Shown here: positions 60,800 to 64,000 of the stretch, one piece after another | How positions within the stretch are numbered: position 1 is the stretch's first letter | Layout: every line of letters starts with the position of its first letter | DNA from: Balanoglossus misakiensis | Taxonomy: Eukaryota; Animalia; Hemichordata | Assembly (NCBI GenBank): GCA_040954595.2 | Contig: CM082577.2 | Span: forward strand, 13,089,903 to 13,153,902 | Direction of reading: 5' to 3' | DNA length: 64,000 nucleotides | Program-made: the position numbers and the translations under genes | Notes under the pieces: model-generated | What the model saw: only the letters and a program-made list of their open reading frames with translations | Told to the model about the DNA's origin: nothing | The model's database searches: none

Positions 60800-60879
60800 C
60801 TGAAAGTACAAATATGATATTGATATTAAGTAGGCTTCCCGACAATCCAATAATGACCCTGTGATTTTCATTGATAGCA

Positions 60880-61191
60880 TCAGACTCATGATGGCTAGAC
60901 CATGGGACTCATGATTGTGATCTAGCGCCGTCATGACTGTGGTGTAATATTGTCCTAGAACATGCACCTTATTTCTTATCACTTGTCCCTACCCAGGAGT
61001 AATGGGTACCTGGTAGGACAGACAATGTATCAAATGTATCTGACATCATGACTACACATGTGAGCTGTTGTTTGCTCCCAAGGGAGTTAAATGACATAAA
61101 GTTATAGGTCCAATGACCAGGGGTAATAACTGTATAGCATTTTGAACATGATTGAGTATTCGTGCACAATACCCCCGGTATAAGAATTCAC

Positions 61192-61222
<31 letters not shown>
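60880..61222 (+). mobile_element. Degenerate SINE with (ATT)n tail
   Basis: Central acccaggagtaatgggtacctgg motif like invertebrate tRNA-SINE cores; ends tataagaattcac(tat)n; 5' boundary uncertain. Confidence 0.5.
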
Positions 61223-61226
<4 letters not shown>

Positions 61227-64000
61227 GTTAAGGGGTTTAAAGAATTATATAAACAATCTATCAATTTAATAAGCACGGGTGGATTTCCTGTACAATCATT
61301 CGTGATACTTCAGATTCATAAAGACAACATTTTTCAAAGTGGCCTATGTATCTAAAATTGCAGACGACGTTTCAACGCTTTCGGTTGGAGATTTTCTACC
61401 TAATATTCACAAAAAGACCTCGGGTATTGTTAAACACTATTTAAAGCCTTGTTACCCGGTGAGTCTGGTGGCGTGTGTACGACAGATCTGAGGTACAAAA
61501 CTTCGCTCGAAACCCAACACGAGTTGGAGACCGAGTTTATTTACGTACAACATTGTAGCAATTTTTCGTATGTTTGCGCGCGCTCTGGAATCACGCGATG
61601 TCAACTGAGTGTGAACGAGCTGTTTCGCGTCGTGACGTCTGCCCAGTTTTCGTGGCTAAAACGACAGGAATAATACCCCAGTTGGCTTTAGAATTGCACA
61701 TATCATGAGATTTGAGCGCCATAGAGACCGCAGATATCGTGGAACAGGAAGGTTAGTGTTAAAATTATTGTTTTTAATCAAAGTATTGACCTCTGAGTTA
61801 TGCTACGTTTGTGTCGGTGTCAAACGGACGCAATGTTTACAATACAAGGCAGCCAAATAGAATCAGAGAAATGAAGAAATATTATCACGATATTTTGGAT
61901 TTCGTGTTATTATTTCTCGGGAATTTTATTGTTTTCTCAGACAAGGTGACAGGACAGACACACGAGGCATCTCGCGGTTCCGTTTTGAATGTTGAATTTT
62001 ATGTTTTGGCTGTATTTGCGTGTCAGCTGACAGGTCTTCGCATTCATCAGAAGCTATCGTGCGTCGCTGAGATTTGATTCTTCATAGACGAAAATTATTT
62101 CATAACCATACCAAATAAAACATTTCCAGAAATTTAGAAGTTTGCAGACTTTTCTGCTAGTAGTCTATTTAGTGTTGAAGTCACGCTGAACTGCCAAATT
62201 TAACACAGACTCGCTGTCAATACTCAAACAGTGTACTTCTACGAGTGTGTCCTGTAACTGCCTTCCTTCAATTACCCATGTCATACAACAACAAATAGAC
62301 GGTAAACGTTTATGCAATACCAATGAATTTATGTTTTAAAACTGGTCGACAGTCTGGAAATGCATGAACAATCGATTGATTGGATTCCTTAACTTTACTA
62401 TTGTATCTTGTATTTTTTTGTAGTTACACTGTGGAAATCGGCAGGCTGCATTGTCAGTTTTTCTGCACATGCGCAGTTCCTCTGTCTTGAAAGAAAAGTC
62501 AAATTTCACCAACTTATTATTGTGCATTCGGAAAATAAACCCCAAATGTTTTCTTTGTGAACAAAAATACTGCCAGTGTGATCTTGTGTTCAAATCCAAC
62601 CCATTATTTATGTAAATTGACTTGTGATACCCTCTCTTAGCACAAAAAGCATAATTTCAGCCCCAAAATGGTTGCCATAGAAACATGTGATCACTAAACG
62701 GATATCATTTTTGTTCTTATTGAGCCAAGATACCCCTATGGTGAAATTTTTGTGGAAATCGGACCTATTATTATTAAAATTATTATTTTTATATAATTTT
62801 TTATTATTTAATTATTATTATTATTACCAGTTAAGGGGTTTAAAGAATTATATAAACAATCTATCAATTTAATAAGCACGGGTGGATTTCCTGTACAATC
62901 ATTCGTGATACTTCAGATTCATAAAGACAACATTTTTCAAAGTGGCCTATGTATCTAAAATTGCAGACGACGTTTCAACGCTTACGGTTGGAGATTTTCT
63001 ACCTAATATTCACAAAAAGACCTCGGGTATTGTTAAACACTATTTAAAACCTTGTTACCCGGTGAGTCTGGTGGCGTGTGTACGACAGATCTGAGGTACA
63101 AAACTTCGCTCGAAACCCAACACGAGTTGGAGACCGAGTTTATTTACGTACAACATTGTAGCAATTTTTCGTATGTTTGCGCGCGCTCTGGAATCACGCG
63201 ATGTCAACTAAGTGTGAACGAGCTGTTTCGCGTCGTGTCGTCTGCCCAGTTTTCGTGGCTAAAACGACAGGAATAATACCCCAGTTGGCTTTAGAATTGC
63301 ACATATCATGAGATTTGAGCGCCATAGAGACCGCAGATATCGTGGAACAGGAAGGTTAGTGTTAAAATTATTGTTTTTAATCAAAGTATTGACCTCTGAG
63401 TTATGCTACGTTTGTGTCGGTGTCAAACGGACGCAATGTTTACAATACAAGGCAGCCAAATAGAATCAGAGAAATGAAGAAATATTATCACGATATTTTG
63501 GATTTCGTGTTATTATTTCTCGGGAATTTTATTGTTTTCTCAGACAAGGTGACAGGACAGACACACGAGGCATCTCGCGGTTCCGTTTTGAATGTTGAAT
63601 TTTATGTTTTGGCTGTATTTGCGTGTCAGCTGACAGGTCTTCGCATTCATCAGAAGCTATCGTGCGTCGCTGAGATTTGATTCTTCATAGACGAAAATTA
63701 TTTCATAACCATACCAAATAAAACATTTCCAGAAATTTAGAAGTTTGCAGACTTTTCTGCTAGTAGTCTATTTAGTGTTGAAGTCACGCTGAACTGCCAA
63801 ATTTAACACAGACTCGCTGTCAATACTCAAACAGTGTACTTCTACGAGTGTGTCCTGTAACTGCCTTCCTTCAATTACCCATGTCATACAACAACAAATA
63901 GACGGTAAACGTTTATGCAATACCAATGAATTTATGTTTTAAAACTGGTCGACAGTCTGGAAATGCATGAACAATCGATTGATTGGATTCCTTAACTTTA
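61218..64000. repeat. 1603-bp head-to-tail tandem repeat (about 1.7 copies, runs off the window), probably transposon-derived
   Basis: Units start ttattaccagttaaggggtttaaag at 61218 and 62821; duplicated ORFs offset by 1603; end fragments also at 23625-23660 and 49345-49390. Confidence 0.9.

Noticed and set aside
763-63680. Most ORFs in the supplied six-frame track as stand-alone genes
   Set aside because: They are short, low-complexity or antisense. Those with ankyrin motifs are single exons read through into introns, and repeated ORFs simply reflect DNA duplications.

Overview
AT-rich (about one third GC by eye) animal genomic DNA. The repeat families look like those of a marine invertebrate, but that is an inference. 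Almost the whole window lies inside one very large minus-strand, intron-rich ankyrin-repeat gene that the ORF track mostly misses. I traced 91 coding exons between 1366 and 60799. Each is flanked by AG/GT, is phase 0-0, is 87-141 nt long, contains no stop and encodes exactly one ankyrin-like repeat. Together they total about 9492 nt (about 3160 aa). Neither the start nor the stop codon is seen, so the gene probably extends past both ends. The exons fall into 10 sequence classes (my labels A-J) that recur in strict order, giving about 9 copies of a 10-exon, about 345-aa super-repeat. The super-repeat appears to be built from 3+3+4-repeat sub-modules. The centre (about 27.0-47.5 kb) is about 4.5 very young tandem copies of a 4.5-kb genomic unit with mosaic polymorphisms, and the flanking copies are older and diverged. 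Introns carry many transposons: a decayed Academ element with about 1.5-kb inverted repeats, Helentron/HINE-like elements, TTAA- and TA-target MITEs, a SINE, a 1603-bp tandem repeat and probable transposon excision footprints.
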